A DNA stretch of 64,000 nt from Antedon mediterranea (taxonomy: Eukaryota; Animalia; Echinodermata), in NCBI RefSeq assembly GCF_964355755.1, contig NC_092670.1, positions 21,810,795 to 21,874,794 of the forward strand, read 5' to 3'. Under the pieces are notes generated by a model. That model made no database searches. It saw nothing but the letters and a program-made list of their open reading frames with translations, and was not told the DNA's origin. Within the stretch, counting starts at the first letter, position 1. Every line of letters starts with the position of its first letter. The position numbers and the translations under genes are program-made. This document shows, piece after piece, positions 26,656 through 43,808 of the stretch.

Positions 26656-27528
26656 CTGTACAGGATTGAGAAGAGAACGAAATGTTCGTAAGATCAGTTC
26701 CCCTTCCTGGTTTCCACTTTTCCTGTTTGCTAATATTACAAGTGGATTCCACTCACGAAATAACGGTGGGTCAACTATTTCACTCGCACTCCAATGGCGC
26801 CGACCTCTCCAGCCAACCAAATCAAGGCGCAAACAGTTTGGTGGTATTACACTATTACTAAACTTTCCAAAATCGCAATTGTCATACTTTATTTTTTCGC
26901 ATTCATCATGTATAGTCCGTTGACACCACGTACAACGAAGGCCACACAGACGTGGCTCCGCTCCACAGAGTTTTTTACAAACCTCACAGTAACTACTAGC
27001 AGGAAGATTACCACGAACCCATTGGTGTTTAAACATTGCGTTATTCCCACGATGTTGAATTCCATAATGCTTGCTTCTATTTGGTAAACAAGAATGTAAT
27101 TTACAAGGAAAGACTCGGTTCGCGACTTGTACACAAGTATCATCCGCACAAATCCCGCAGGAATCACAATACCCACCATGCATGATGCTGCTTTCACATA
27201 CCGTACAATAAGTCGTCCGCGTAAATGCTTCTAGCATCACCCATCTGTGACCTCTTGTTACGTCAAACACAGGCAGGTCTACTTTCTTTCGTAAAACAAA
27301 ACGATACCGTTTTGAAAATTTCGACCACAGGTAAATTAATATGAGGAATATAATAACAATAATTATTATTTGAAAAGCGTCTCCTCGCCATTGTAATATA
27401 CTACTACTCATGCTTGAGGATCGTTTAGTTGATGTGCCAGTACCAGTCGGGTTTTGAGATGTATCCAGCCCTGATAACCTGGGCAATGCGCTGTTATTCA
27501 TCACTGAAAAAAAAGACTCAAATGACAT
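26656..27528 (-). CDS. DGKE: Diacylglycerol kinase epsilon, coding exon 1 (N-terminal TM helix, two C1 zinc fingers, start of catalytic domain)
   Basis: ORF has a hydrophobic helix (IIIIVIIFLILIYLW), C1a (HRW...YCTVC...CDSCGICAD..C), C1b (HQWVRGNLP...CEVCKKLCG...CTWCQRTIHDEC) and PLVILANRKSGN..G. Ends CAG|GTAC at 26656, phase 0. The start could be a later Met in the Ser-rich leader. Confidence 0.93.
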
Positions 27529-29471
<1,943 letters not shown>

Positions 29472-32400
29472 TAAGTATCATTTGTGCTTTTGCCTAAATT
29501 TGAACGTTTTAAATGGTATATTTTTGCCGAATGTGTGTTCACACCACGCTGTGTGTGCGGGAAGCGATCAGAAGGTAGAAGAGATAGCAAAATAGTATAA
29601 AATATAATCGTTTCTGAACGCATACTACGAAACTGAACGTGTCACATATTGATTTCATTTATAATATAAACAGTATTCTCATTTTCAGTCTGAATAGATA
29701 GTTGTACTTTGATATTTCCAGATTTGTTGAGGGGGCAATTTCACCACCATGTGTTGTTGGGCTTCGGATGTGGTCATTTGCATCACAATGCACCCTGAGA
29801 ATTCGCCTAATAAAGACTTAAGTGTTGTTTATAAATACTAGCCGCCTCTCATGGCCTAAAGTCTGGCTTAATATTTGTGTTAACCATTCTAATATCAAAT
29901 AGTTCTTGTTCATTAAATTCTCTACCAATCAACATATATGATATTGTTAATTATTGTAGTTGAATATTTTATGTTTTCAAATTAAAAAATTGAAGACGCA
30001 ATTGATCTTTTTTGTTAATAATAATAGCTCTACAGGAGGTCCTTTACTCATCAATCGTGCGATCCCACATTGTACATTCATGTGGGCTTGTTTTTCAGCG
30101 TTTCGGTGCATTTAATAATTTTTAAATACCATCCATGTCATTTTCGTGGCACAAGCAGATAGACTAAAGTTATTATACTATTATTAAATTGAAGTATAGT
30201 ACATGCACTGTATACGGTAGAATCTAATAAAAATTAAATATGATATTGTGCATCCAATTTCAGGAAGTCAGTCTGCACACAAATTTATGACTTTGAAACC
30301 AGAAGACATATTTTACATGTCATACAAATAGTACATTTATTATACCATATACAACATAAAAGTATAATAATAAAAATCGCTCATCTTTACTGTAGCAAGC
30401 GATAATGAAGATTAGAAAAAAAAGTAAATGGTTTAAAAATCTTTATTTGTATATTTTACTGTACATGAAGCATTTGTGAAATTCAAGTGTATGATAACTT
30501 CTCAGAATACTTGAAAACAAGCCATCATGCATCTAGTACAATATTATCTATTTAATGATGTAGAGTATATAATTACTGTTTTACAGACCTGTTTGTGTAT
30601 CAACATGAAATAACCTTTGAACTCATCCCAGCAATGATGCTGTTAATTATTCATTTGTTTAATTTATACGTTCTTCCTGTTGAAGAATGCACTTTTTTTA
30701 GTGACGTCATTGCATCCACAATAATGGAAATAGAACTGCAATAACAAGTAACATGATTTAAATGAATGTGTAACTATTTACACTGTAATTATTCATTGAA
30801 GTAAGTATAAGATAAAAACAAGGATGTGTAAGGTTGAATATATATTAATGGCTGTGTGGTAATAACTGTGTAAAGTATTACAGGTACTTAAATATATTAA
30901 TAGATTACTCAGGGTAGTTTATTCTTTATTTAAGTGATGCAAGTCCACAGTGCTAAGAGCTGGCTAAGATCTCCAATTGAAGACCACCTGAGAATAGTGT
31001 CATAAATTTTGAATAATTATCAAATAATTTATTAGGAATAAAAAATAAGTAAATAAAATAATACTATACACGTTAACAATGTTTGTAATTAACATAGATC
31101 TTATAAATATTCAAAAGTAAAAAAGTACATTTAACCAATAATACTAACAGTGACTCATGGTGCTTTCCACGTGGATTGAAACCGGTATTCATTATGTTGT
31201 ATCTCGGGAATACCGACCGGCAAGCATGGTGATGTAAAGGTCATTGGGGTCATGGCTGTAGGTTAGTTCATGAACACAGTTGTTTTCCTGTTTTCTTTAG
31301 GTCTTTCCCCTGCTACTCAAAATATGTTGCTTACTACTACTAGATACAGTACTGCTAGCTAAGATATTATTATAAGACTAGTGTGTTCTATTGTAGAGTT
31401 ACCATCAAGATGCAACATACTGTGTAAGAATAAATATCTAGCTGTTGTTTAATTAACAATATATTTAATATTGTTTACAACAGCAATAAAATAACCTATT
31501 TAATATTAACTGGCAAATTTTCCACCTTGACTTCAAAATGAACCTCAATCCGCTTACTGTAATTAATAAAATAAAGACATTTTATTTTATCTAAAAAACA
31601 ATTTTTAAAAACAAACTATGGTTTTTAGGTTTTATAAGCCTTTCCTATGTTTTACAGGCCAGTGAATCTGTACTGCAGTAAATTGAATAAATATTGTACT
31701 GTAGATTATTTATTGTACACAAGATAATATTCTACTTCTCTAATTATTGTTTTTAAAACACGATTATACAGCAAGGATTTGACAGTAAAATTGCAACCTG
31801 ATTCTTGCTATGGACCTTGGCCTATCAAGTTTGTTGAATCACTAACCAATTAATCTAATAAAAAAACATACCTTAGCAATGTTGTAATTAACAGAACTAA
31901 CATAGCGATCTGAATGAATATTTTTGTTTGAATTTCCTATGTAATGAATGATGACATTTCAATAAAATTAGAAAAAAAAACAACAATTTTTTTACTTTTT
32001 TCACCAATAGTAGAGTAATCCATATACTTTACAGAAGGAAACCGAAACCTATATTATAAGAAAATAATTCTTTGTCATGTCTATTAGAATGGCTATTACA
32101 GAACAGTAAAGAGAGTGTACAAGTTTAAAAATAAATTTACTCTGATTACTGTAGTACTTGGATAATACAGTAATTTATATTCTGGTCATGGATGGGTGTA
32201 TAATATTTTAAGCTAGTATTACTATTGATATTAAATAATGCGTACTTCCTCATGTTGTTCCGGTACCGGTAAAATACAGAATTGCTTTCCCTTTATTGCA
32301 AAAGTCCAGATTCAATTCAATCTGAATCAAGGACTGATGATGCACGAACCAATTCACTTCACATTCATCCATATAGAGAATAACATATTTGATTTGAATC

Positions 32401-33204
32401 CAGGTCTTGACGGAACTTGAAAAAAAAAAGTTCAATGGCCTTGTGGTGGCTCCCTTTGGAAGTTAAAAAACGGAAGATACAGGGGCACGGAATGAATCAT
32501 GATAACTGTGATTATGATACAGGAAGTTGAACAGAAGTACAGTTGTGTTGATATCAAAAGTAATATAGTACGTGCTATTAAACACGTGTATCATACTAGG
32601 CCTGTTATAAATAGTAAAGTGTATAGCATAATGCTTAGATACTGTACGGTATTACTATACTGTACGGTATTACTATACAGTAACTACTACTGTACTAACT
32701 AGTTAGTGTGTGTGGCACTATATGTAAATTGTATTTTCAATTTTTTTTTGCAATTTCTTTGTAAATCAGACTCATCTACAATACAGTACTGATAGAGGTA
32801 TATTCCATCTACCCTCTAGTAGTACACCAATAATCCTCCTACATACTGTACGGTAATCTATGCATCATCTGTATCATCATTCTCTCTTTCTATCTATAAT
32901 CTCCCATCTTTTATCTCATAATATTAATGTATAGTACAGTAGTTTTTTATTACTGTTATTAAGTAATTTTGCTTCATCAAATTATACCCATTAGTTAGCT
33001 AATATAAACTGTATGTTGTGTTTGATAAATGTAAAGATTCATGAGATCTGCATTGATGGTCAGAAACATTGTTTTGATACAATGTTTGCATAATTAATGC
33101 ATCCTGTGCTGAAAAACATAATCTCGAGAGATGGCTTCTTAAACAACAATCCAACATAATTAATCGGTTAGATTGTATCCAGTCATTGTTGTTCTATTGT
33201 GCAG

Positions 33205-33575
33205 AATGTAAAATAGTACTGGGATGGATCCAATTTTCACAATGTAAAATAGTACTACTGGGATGGATTCAATTTTCACAATGTAAAATAGTACTGGGAT
33301 GGATCCAATTTTCACAATGTAAAATAGTACTACTGGGATGGATTCAATTTTCACAATGTAAAATAGTACTACTGGGATGGATCCAATTTTCACAATGTAA
33401 AATAGTACTGGGATGGATCCAATTTTCACAATGTAAAATAGTACTGGGATGGATTCAATTTTCACAATGTAAAATAGTACTGGGATGGATCCAATTTTCA
33501 CAATGTAAAATAGTACTGGGATGTATCCAATTTTCACAATGTAAAATACAGTAGTACTGGGATGGATCCAATTTA
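33205..33575. repeat. 36/39-bp minisatellite (~10 copies) in FOXK intron 1
   Basis: Unit AATGTAAAATAGTACT(ACT)GGGATGGAT(C/T)CAATTTTCAC. Confidence 0.95.
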
Positions 33576-35205
33576 AAATTTTCTTTATTGCGTGTATACA
33601 GTATGTTGGATTCTTTCCAATGCAAATTGAGATCAAACCAAATGTCATTATATTGTATCCACTTTTCAATGTATGTTTAGGCTTCTGAGAAGGAAATTTA
33701 ATTGTTTTTAGTTAAATTCAATGTTCAACAACAAGGACAATGATTGGTCAGTTCATGACATTGAGGTTTGTGATTGGTTAGTGAAGTCCCTAACAAAGAT
33801 TAAGTGACATGAAGGGGGAAGTCGAAAACTCCGGTCTGTGCTCTATGCAGCATGGTACATTCCTTTAAAATATTAATTCATACATGACTGGTGTTCAACC
33901 TTCATTATGCGCGCAACTGTCTATGTTGTCAGACATTTTTAGTTTTCTTATATTGATTTCTCCACATGTGTGGAACTTTTCTTGCACCACATTCGATGAT
34001 ATTGAGAATTTTGTAGCCCAGGGAATTGAATTATTACTGAACTAGGACAACTATATTATATATATGTGGCTCATCTGGGCGTAAAAAAGGCAGTTAGTGT
34101 GTATGTTAAGGATGCAGATATACAGATGCTGTAGTAAAAGTAGAAATAATGTATCCTACAATACGTGTAATAGAAATATTTTATCCTAATATCCACATTG
34201 GGTAGTAGAGACATTATCTGACCAAAATCATCCATGATATGTTTATATTGATTTATCTGAATATAGTTCTAATTCTAAGTTAGAAAAATATACAATACAT
34301 TCATTTAAACAATGAGTCTATTGATATAAGACCCAGCCCAAAAGATATAAAATATATTATTTATTTCATAATAATAGAAACAGATCTATAGAGAGTAAGA
34401 GAAAGAAAGATGTTTATTCAAGATTGTTGATTTAGCAACTGAAAGTGCTACGGTAGCCGGCTACTGTACATTAGCAGTAATGCTGCAGCACACGTTAATT
34501 TAGCATTCAAATGACCGATATCTCAACCGGTTTAAATGCATACCTTATATGGAATGTAATTGATGATGTCATTGCCTATTCACCATGGAGTTGTTATGTA
34601 GTGAAAGTACTTGCATTTAAATGAACTACTGTCAAAACAAAACTAATTGCATCGGTTAGAGCACTGATGAAAACAAGGATATTTTATGTAAAGTGTGATT
34701 TATGAAGATGTACATTATAAGGGTGTATTGTCTTTTCATGATGTAAAAATTGTAAAAAACAAAAATTATTTTTGTTATTAAAGTAATTTACTGTACCATG
34801 TATTTAACAACAGAAATTTATATGGCGCCAATTCAAACATTTATCAAAGGCGCTGTGTATAATAAATAATTTTTATAAACATATGAATAAAGCAAGGTTA
34901 ATAACAATTCTGAAAAAGGTGTGTACTACAGTATTTAACATGATATTGCATGGCTCGTCTTTTGAAAATTACAGATGTGCAACAAATTGCACTCCACCTA
35001 CACACAGGTACTATATGTTGTAGGTATCTAAATTGTGTGTTAAAGTTAACCAAATTTAAGTGTGCTGTAAATGGCACACCTCAGGGATTTTAGGTGTGTG
35101 GTAGGTGAGTGACCGTGCTCCCACGCCAAAAAGGCGAGGCCTGTATATATACTGTATTTGAATTATTTAATAATTAATTTGTCAAATGTACATTGTATTT
35201 TTCAG

Positions 35206-35397
35206 ATGTTTGTTGCGTTTTCCTAGTACAAACATCAAGGTAATGTTCAAAGCTTATGTAGATGAAAATTCGCCAGTGCCACCAGTACCAAAAAATAAAA
35301 GCCCAACCAAGAAACGAATACCACCACTTAAAATTGACATACCACCCCCTGAAGTTCGGTTTGGTAGCCCGATGCCATCACCCACAGGAACGATAAG
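35206..35397 (+). CDS. FOXK: FOXK exon 2
   Basis: ttcag|CLLRFPSTNIK...PLKIDIP...SPMPSPTGTI|gtaa; conserved FOXK motifs; phase 2-2. Confidence 0.93.
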
Positions 35398-35899
35398 GTA
35401 ATGTGCGATTGAACTGCTAAACAAAATAATTAATAATATATCACTACAATGCACAGTGTGAACTAATCCTGATCATAAGACCTTGATTGGAAGCTGATGG
35501 ATGGCAATATCAACCTCATTTCCTTAAGCTAGATGAAAAGCATAAATAATTTAAAAAAACAAAATTAAATTAAAAAACAAAATTTTAGCTGAAAAGTTAC
35601 GGTTTTTTATTTGGTTACCCTTTCACGCAATCGATAGAAGTGGGTACATTGCAATACGAAAATATCAATCCGCTCGCGATGCATGTTCGGATTCATAGCG
35701 GGCCGCTAAAATTATTATAATAGAATTAATTTTTACATTTTTAATTTAAATTATCGCAATAGGTCCATATAGTATTTACTTTTACATAAAATGTAGTGTG
35801 ACCTTAAACTAGGTCAAACAAATGTAGGTCTAGTGTCTTTAACAAATCTTATTATTGGTAAATCTTCAAATTTTTGCCTATAGGTATTACCATCTCTAG

Positions 35900-36313
<414 letters not shown>

Positions 36314-36324
36314 TAATATATTAA

Positions 36325-36552
<228 letters not shown>

Positions 36553-37019
36553 TAAATGTCACCAATTTACAGTAAAACCTTCGTTTTACGTACCCTGATT
36601 TTACTTACGCATAAAATGACCGGTTTTTAGTAATTTTTTGATATATTTATATTATTTTCTTACATTGAGGGTACAATTTAACAACAAACATGACACAGCG
36701 TCGACTGTTTTTAAATTGAACATTGATTTTTTTATTTAAACATCGTACAGCCTGCATATACGTTTCTAGTAGGCTAGACCTAGATAAGTCTAGGCCTAGC
36801 TAGTGACAGCTGCATGCTGTAAGTAAAGTAGGCAAACAAGGCAGCCTGGTCTCGTACTGTAAAATGTAGGTTCTACTGTACTGCAAGACCTCATGTATTC
36901 CAATCATGCCCTTGTGTATTTACCAATAATGCCTCATTTATTTACCAATAATATGTAATGTGTAGTGACCCATAATGCCTCATGTATTTACCTATAATAA
37001 TTTAATATGTATTTATCAG

Positions 37020-37188
37020 GTCAGCACCAGTTTCACCGACACACCACACTAATTTCCCAGGTACGTTTACACCTGATAGCCTATCAAGGGAAGGATCACC
37101 TGTCTTGTTGCCAGTAGCAACTAGAGAAGAGACTGTGGAAAACATTGCTCCTTTAGATCATCAAAGAATAACTGCATCCGTTCAGGAG
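37020..37188 (+). CDS. FOXK: FOXK exon 5
   Basis: atcag|RSAPVSPTH...TPDSLSREGSP...VQE|gttagt; phase 2-0. Confidence 0.88.
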
Positions 37189-37313
37189 GTTAGTATTGTA
37201 GTTCTCATCATAATTAATTAAACAAATATGTGTAGAGTGAAGCTGCAGCTAGATGTGCTATAAATACTGCTGCGTGTGCTCCCTAAATTTATATTTTAAT
37301 GTTGTGCTTTCAG

Positions 37314-37590
37314 CGAATGAAGGCAAGTAATGTATTAAGTCCAGTAAGTACAGCCACGCAACCAGTGCTACAGGCCCAGCATCAACACACGACACCAGTG
37401 ATAGCAACAAGCGTAGTCAGTCACCCGCTAAATATGGCCACGCATGTCATGCCTGCTGTTGCACCCATGATATCAAGAACGACGTTTATTGCACCGAGCA
37501 CTGCCACCAACGGCTACCCAAGTCATGTGATTGTTGCTAGTTCAGAGTCGGCAAATGGTACACCGCAGCAATTCAAGGTTGAAGAGAAAG
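37314..37590 (+). CDS. FOXK: FOXK exon 6 (low-complexity C-terminal region)
   Basis: ttcag|RMKASNV...KVEEK G|gtaagt; open frame, phase 0-1 consistent with neighbours. Confidence 0.8.
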
Positions 37591-37736
37591 GTAAGTAGAT
37601 ATACGTTAAGTGATTTAAGTGTAAATACACTCTTTGAGCTCAAAATCTGGTTGTATAGAATTTTCAAAGGTGTGTGTGTGTGTGTGAGTTTTAACTAAAA
37701 CGGAAAAATTACTAACATTTATAAATTTTTGTTCAG

Positions 37737-38176
37737 AATTATCGAAGGAGGAAATAATGAAATCAGTGATTGTGCAGCAAGCCATACCCACACTGAAAGA
37801 AAAGCAGCAAATAACACAGGTGGTGCAAGCAGTACCAACACTGCTTAATCAAGCCCAGCCAACCCACACACAGACCCTATCACAACCACATCTGGTGCTG
37901 GCAACGAATTATCAGCATCAATCTATAATCTCGCAGCAGCAGCAACCTATAATTACACAGCAGCCGAATATCTCGCAACAACTGCCAACCATCTCGCAGC
38001 AACTGCCTATCATCTCACAGCCATTTACAGCCCAGACGAGCTCATCCTTAGTTATGTTGGCTCAGTCAGCTACAGATACAGGCTCACAGCAGACGTCGAA
38101 ACGACCTTTCAATGGAGGTCAAGACATAGAGATGAGTGACGAAACAAAGAAATTTAAGGTTGATAACCAAGAATGA
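37737..38176 (+). CDS. FOXK: FOXK last exon (Gln-rich)
   Basis: Perfect branch point TACTAAC at 37710-37716, ttcag acceptor, phase 1, open to TGA at 38176. Confidence 0.82.
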
Positions 38177-40627
38177 GCAACGAAAGAAGCATGTGATTGA
38201 ATAGGGAAGAAAGAGGAAAACCTCTACAGCAACGTGCGTGTTGTAGTGTATAGTTCCCGCGTCTTGCTTTATGTCATCTACCACCCTTAAATTAATCTAG
38301 GCCGGCGGCACGTTAACTCGCTACTGACTAAAATTTGGCTGAAATACAAGGTTACAAGGCGTGTACGAACAAAAACGTCTTGTGATGTGATTTAATTTAA
38401 TCTTGTGGTAATCAATACACATTGTACAATTTGTCCATTGAAATACAAACTTCAAGATTTTATGGTGATCTTGATTTAAAACGTTTGAATTTAATTTTCT
38501 TTTCGTTTATGAAGTGGTTTATGCGTTATAGCTGTTGAAAATTCAAAATATACACTGGGAGGTACATCAAATTAAAGTCATGTAAGCTCAAATAGTAATC
38601 CATCGGAAAAAAAGTCATCGCTCATTGCTTGCTATAATATTGATTTCAAATGCAAACCTATGTAAATTTATTAAAGTACCGTATCTATTATAAATATTGC
38701 CCTCTTTAGTATTAAACTCTGTAGTTGCCTCTTTGGTATTACACTCTCTAGTTCCCTTTGTGGTATAACTCTTGCGCTTTTTGTAGTACGACTTTCTCTA
38801 GCAGCTGGTAATTTGCTGACAATTGTAACCAAATTTTGATGAATTTTGAAGTAATTAAGGTGAAATATATACTAATTTAAATAGTATATTTATGTAAATG
38901 TATGATGGTGGTCTAAATTATCCCGTTTTAAATGTTTTGTTTAGGTGATTTTGTTGAAACATCAGCTTGGGTATTTATATACTGTTACATTAGTTGCGAC
39001 AATTTTTATTTCTGATTATCATAAAGATTGGATAGTCTACAAAACGCTTGTGTTCTACATTCCGAGCAATACAAAGAATTTAATTTGATACTGATTTCTA
39101 TTCTAAAAGAAACAAGGTCAGGATGTTTTTATAAGGGAAAATACAATTTACAAAGCATAGCTTTGGGATGAGTGAAATGATTTTGGATGGCAAGTCTTTC
39201 TTTTTTTTAAATAAACTTGCATACTATATAAAAAAAATATGAATATCCAGTATATTAGGGGTGTTTTTTTTTAAAGAAGCTAGTTAGCTATAGTAAGCAC
39301 ATTGCAGAATATTTTGTTCCCAGTCAACTGTGTTATGGTGCATGTTGGATTGATGTAACTAGGTCATAATGAAAGTAAATATTGTATGCCTAACAAGTGA
39401 CATACAAATCATGTTGGTATCATACTGTAAACACGTGTTCTACTGCAGGTAACTGCAGTAACTAGATTTTGTTTACTCTTTTAATCATCACACTGTTTAT
39501 TGCAGTGACTGACCAGTATAATTCTACATTGAAACAACATCATAAAGTTGCAGTAATAAAATGCAATTACTGCAGTAAATGTAGTAAAATAATTTGACAT
39601 GAACCCATAGTTAAATGTATAAATTATTTAAAGAGGTGTTAAATTTGTTTACGACTTCTGTGGTTTTTTTTTATATTGGTTGTTTTATATTGTTTTGCTA
39701 GGGAGGTGAGTTTATAGTATTACTAACACATATTATATAAAATATACATTAGACCCAGATGAATAATTTGTCTGGAATAAATCCAAATGTAAACAATAAG
39801 AAAGCAAGTAATCTTTACAAATCAATCCGACTGAAATCCTTTCAAAATATTTATTAATAATACTTTACTTTTTGTAACTTAATTGAATCCTGATTTAAAA
39901 ATCAATATATAATCTTGTTTTGGTACCTGAAAATGAAATAAACGATCTTCAACAGTTTTTTTTTCTCATCGTAATGGTGAATCAGATGATTTAATTTACA
40001 AATATTTTACTGCCACTATGTGGCTGCATTGTAATTTTAAAATTAGTTTAAAAAACAATTTTAAAAAAATTGTGGAATCAAATGAGTTTGAAAATTATAA
40101 TTTTTTATATAATATTAAAATTCTATTGGATGGATTTGTTTTTCTTTTTTAAAGAATGTGCTATGGTACTTTTTGTCTGGGATGTTTGAAAATTGTTAAA
40201 TATGATTTTAGAAAAGGAAAATGTTAATAATGTATAGAGTATTAATACCCTTTGTACCATTTGCCTCCCAATTTAATAGTAAACTGGTCTCTGTTTTGAT
40301 TTATTTTGTTCCCTTCCTGTTTTCTATATATTTTTTAAAGAAACGAAAGAAAATAATTACTTGTGATTTTCATACCTAATGCCAGGTTTCTGTAAGGTAA
40401 CAAATGTTCACCTCAAACAACAATTGATTCGAAAATAGTACATATTAATGATGTATGTATTTTAAACAATGAATGTAAATTTGAAAATGGTAATGTTGCA
40501 ATTTGGGTTGTGCAGCCGCCGTTAAATTGGGGTACTTCTTCAATGACTTACTGTTAATCCTTACTGATATAGGAATATTAACTAGTGTGATTATGGACCT
40601 ATTAAATTTACTCTTATGACCTTAACT

Positions 40628-40768
40628 ATGTTTGTTTCCCACAAGGACACAACGCAATGACTTGTGACGTACCGCAAGTAACGGTTTGAATAATCCATTG
40701 CTTGTGATTTGTCAAGTCACTTGCATTGCGCGACGTTTTTTCGTTGCGTCCTAGTGGGAACCAATCTT
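40628..40768. mobile_element. Short degenerate MITE downstream of the FOXK stop
   Basis: Imperfect TIR TTCCCACAAGGACACAACG ... CGTTGCGTCCTAGTGGGAA, with an inner CGCAATG/CATTGCG pair. Confidence 0.6.
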
Positions 40769-42028
40769 CGTACGCCATTCTTTTATTACCGTAGGAGGCA
40801 TCTCGTTATAAAAGTGTTACACAACAAATGTAAACGATTAGAGAGTGTAATACAATAATACAAAGTGTAGTATTGTAATATGAATTAAAGTGAATTAAAT
40901 CGAAAAGGGACAATTTTGAAATATTTACACCCTTGTAGGCCTAAAGTCAGTGGACAATATTTTATTAAAAAATTAAAATATAATTTTTAAAATTTTATGT
41001 TAAAGGTAACTAATTGTTATTACAATTGTAAAGTTCAATCCCCAGTTGTTGCCATTTATCCTCGCATTCAATTGTACAAAGTGTACTAAATGCATGGATG
41101 TTTCTTCTGTGGTTTTGACCCAGCCACCGCCCGCACCTTATTAATGGTTTACAATAGAAGGTTGTCTATTTTAAATGGAGGGAAACTATAAATATAGTTG
41201 TAGAACTATGCTATTGAGGCTTATTGGTTTAAATTTATTTGTGTTTATAAATTTATTTTGGTATTATTCTTCTTAATCCAGTGTTTTGTATACTAATGCA
41301 ACTTTGAGATGATTTATTGTTGTATAAAGATAAAAATAATGAAACAACCAAATCTTGCAGTCACCATTATTAATATTAAATGGACATTATAACCTTGTAT
41401 AGTTGTTGTATACATTCCTTTCGTTAAAGATTGAGGGATTTAAAGATGTTTTAGCAAAATATAGACTTTAAACTTTTTATGTCATAATATTGCTATATAT
41501 CCATATATATTGCGTTATCATGTTATAGTGCCATAGTAATCAGTTATCAATAATGAACTTGTTTAAAAAGAAAAGTAATTGCACAAGGATTTTTAAAATC
41601 GATATTTTGGCGATTTTTTAGGAAAAAAATCCATGTACTGTATATAGTACAGAAAATTGGCAAAATTTGGACTCTTTAATTAGTTATTATGCATGCGCGT
41701 AATAAAAAAATGGGCAAATTTCGACCCTTTAATTTTTTAACATAACTAGTTCCTATGGCTCTATAAGATGATGATAACACAATATATACGCATATATGGC
41801 AATATTATCACATAATTATTGAATTTTAAAAAGTGGATATTTTGGCCATTTTTCGAAAAAATTCCTGCCCTGTCATGAAAGAACGACTCAACTGACACAT
41901 TTTTCAAAAATCACTTTTTTAGCATTTTGGACTATTTAGGGAATGATGCACCTTGTGATATTAAAAATTTTAACTAGAAATATGAAATTCAAAAATCAAA
42001 ATACCACTCAATTATAAGTGTGTGTTAC

Positions 42029-42050
42029 CAGGGAGTTGTACAACTCCCTG
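42029..42050. mobile_element. 22-bp perfect palindrome with perfect 7-bp TSD (transposon footprint)
   Basis: CAGGGAGTTGT-ACAACTCCCTG flanked by GTGTTAC on both sides; same arms as at 11327. Confidence 0.8.
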
Positions 42051-42396
42051 GTGTTACTATTGTCACCAAAGACTAACTCAACTACAAATGCCATGAAAGA
42101 CTCACTCAATTGACATATTAACACCTATTATGTCATAGGAAACCCATTCAAGTGCACAACAATGGTGTTAATTGCACAGCAAGCTGTGTAATGTTGTTGT
42201 TTTAAACATAAAATAATTTGGTACTGCCCTACGAATAATTGTCAATAATTATTTTATTCAATACTCACATAAACTTGTTTAGTTATTAATTTTATTTCTG
42301 GAATATTTAGAGAGAGACTATGTGAACACCGTAATGATATTATTATTGAATATTCTCCCTCTTAAATTAATACTTAAAACTTAAGTAAAAATACAA

Positions 42397-42568
42397 GAAC
42401 CAATTTTATCGAAAAATAAAAAGGTCGAAAATTGGTCAAATATGGTTATGATAACTGACATGCGCAGAACCCATTATTCAACTCTGCGCATGTTTATTAT
42501 GCAATAGTAACCATTTATGTCAAAAAATAAAAGGGTCGAAAATCGGCCATTTTACGAAAATTTCCCTG
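42397..42568. repeat. Isolated unit of the 44.9-49.2 kb satellite
   Basis: Same ACTGACATGCGCAGAACCCATTATTCAACTCTGCGCATG and AAAAGGGTCGAAAATCGGCC blocks. Confidence 0.85.
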
Positions 42569-43808
42569 CGCAAAGGGTACAGCTCAATCTTCTCACTCGA
42601 AACGGTAAAGAACGCAAAAATAAATGGACAAGAAATGGACAGAGCCATGTGGGGTCATTAAAACTGAATTGGACTGGGTCATTAGATAATGAGGAAACTA
42701 GACAATTGGCCAATGGGACCCAAGAATCTAGGAGGTTGTTTTGAATACCGGCATACTAAAAACTGTCAATTTTAGGGGTTTATCACATGATCGATGTATT
42801 AAATGAATAAAAATATTAAATAATAGAATAATAAGACTTAAATTTTTTGTTAAAAGTTGAGAAAGTCGACATTTTTTTTATCCAATTTTCGAAAAATCCT
42901 TGTACTACAGTACATGAATTTTGTTTTTTAAAACACGGTAAATTCGACTACAATATGTATGTTGTATTAATTGTTAGTTCTTTTAATATGACGAGACGTT
43001 TTTTGTTGTGTTTTTAGGGTGTGAACAATTGTCAATCAAAATTGTATATATATGTTAAATACTATGTAACTATTTAAAAAACCCACCCTGACTTCTGATT
43101 GGCCAACCATATTCCAAGTAGTTTGATAAGTTAGCCTTTTTCAAAAATTTAGACAAAATTACCGTTAACTTTGTCTGGGGCTTTTTTTCTAGGCCACATG
43201 GTATCATAGGATATGTGTAACTGTAAGAGGAGTAACTGAAGGTTACTGGATAATAACCTCTATAGTATGAGTTATTATCAAAATATATTATTAGAATTGG
43301 TGGAATGAATTATTTGATTCACATCAAAATGAATTGTAGTGGAATTGCTCTTGAAATAAATATAAAATAGTTGAGAATTTACACTACTAAGGAAATAGTC
43401 TTGACAAGAATATAGAATTCACCATTTAATGTACACTCAACTGCAAAAGTTTCCCCTCTGCTTTTTTTGTAAGGGCTTGGGACCTTCAAATACAAAGTGC
43501 AATGAATGGTATAATGTAAATTATAATGTAATAATTAAAACTGAATGTAATTTATAAAAATTACAAAATAATTTACAACATTAATCATTGCTCTTTGGAT
43601 TTGGCAGCATTAAAAACTTTTTTTTTTTTATTATTATTATTAACTTTACTGCACATTCAGAATACCATTAGATATGGTGGCCCAATGGCCAAATTGCATA
43701 AAATACAAATATTTTGTAAAAAGTGAATATAAAATCACAGAACAAATAAAAATTGAAGATATACGAAACAGTATAAAAACTATCCATGGCTACAACAATC
43801 ATTTGGAA

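Noticed and set aside
33160-33669. 169-aa and 122-aa repetitive ORFs
   Set aside because: The 36/39-bp unit is a multiple of 3, so frames stay open by chance; intronic, no splice support
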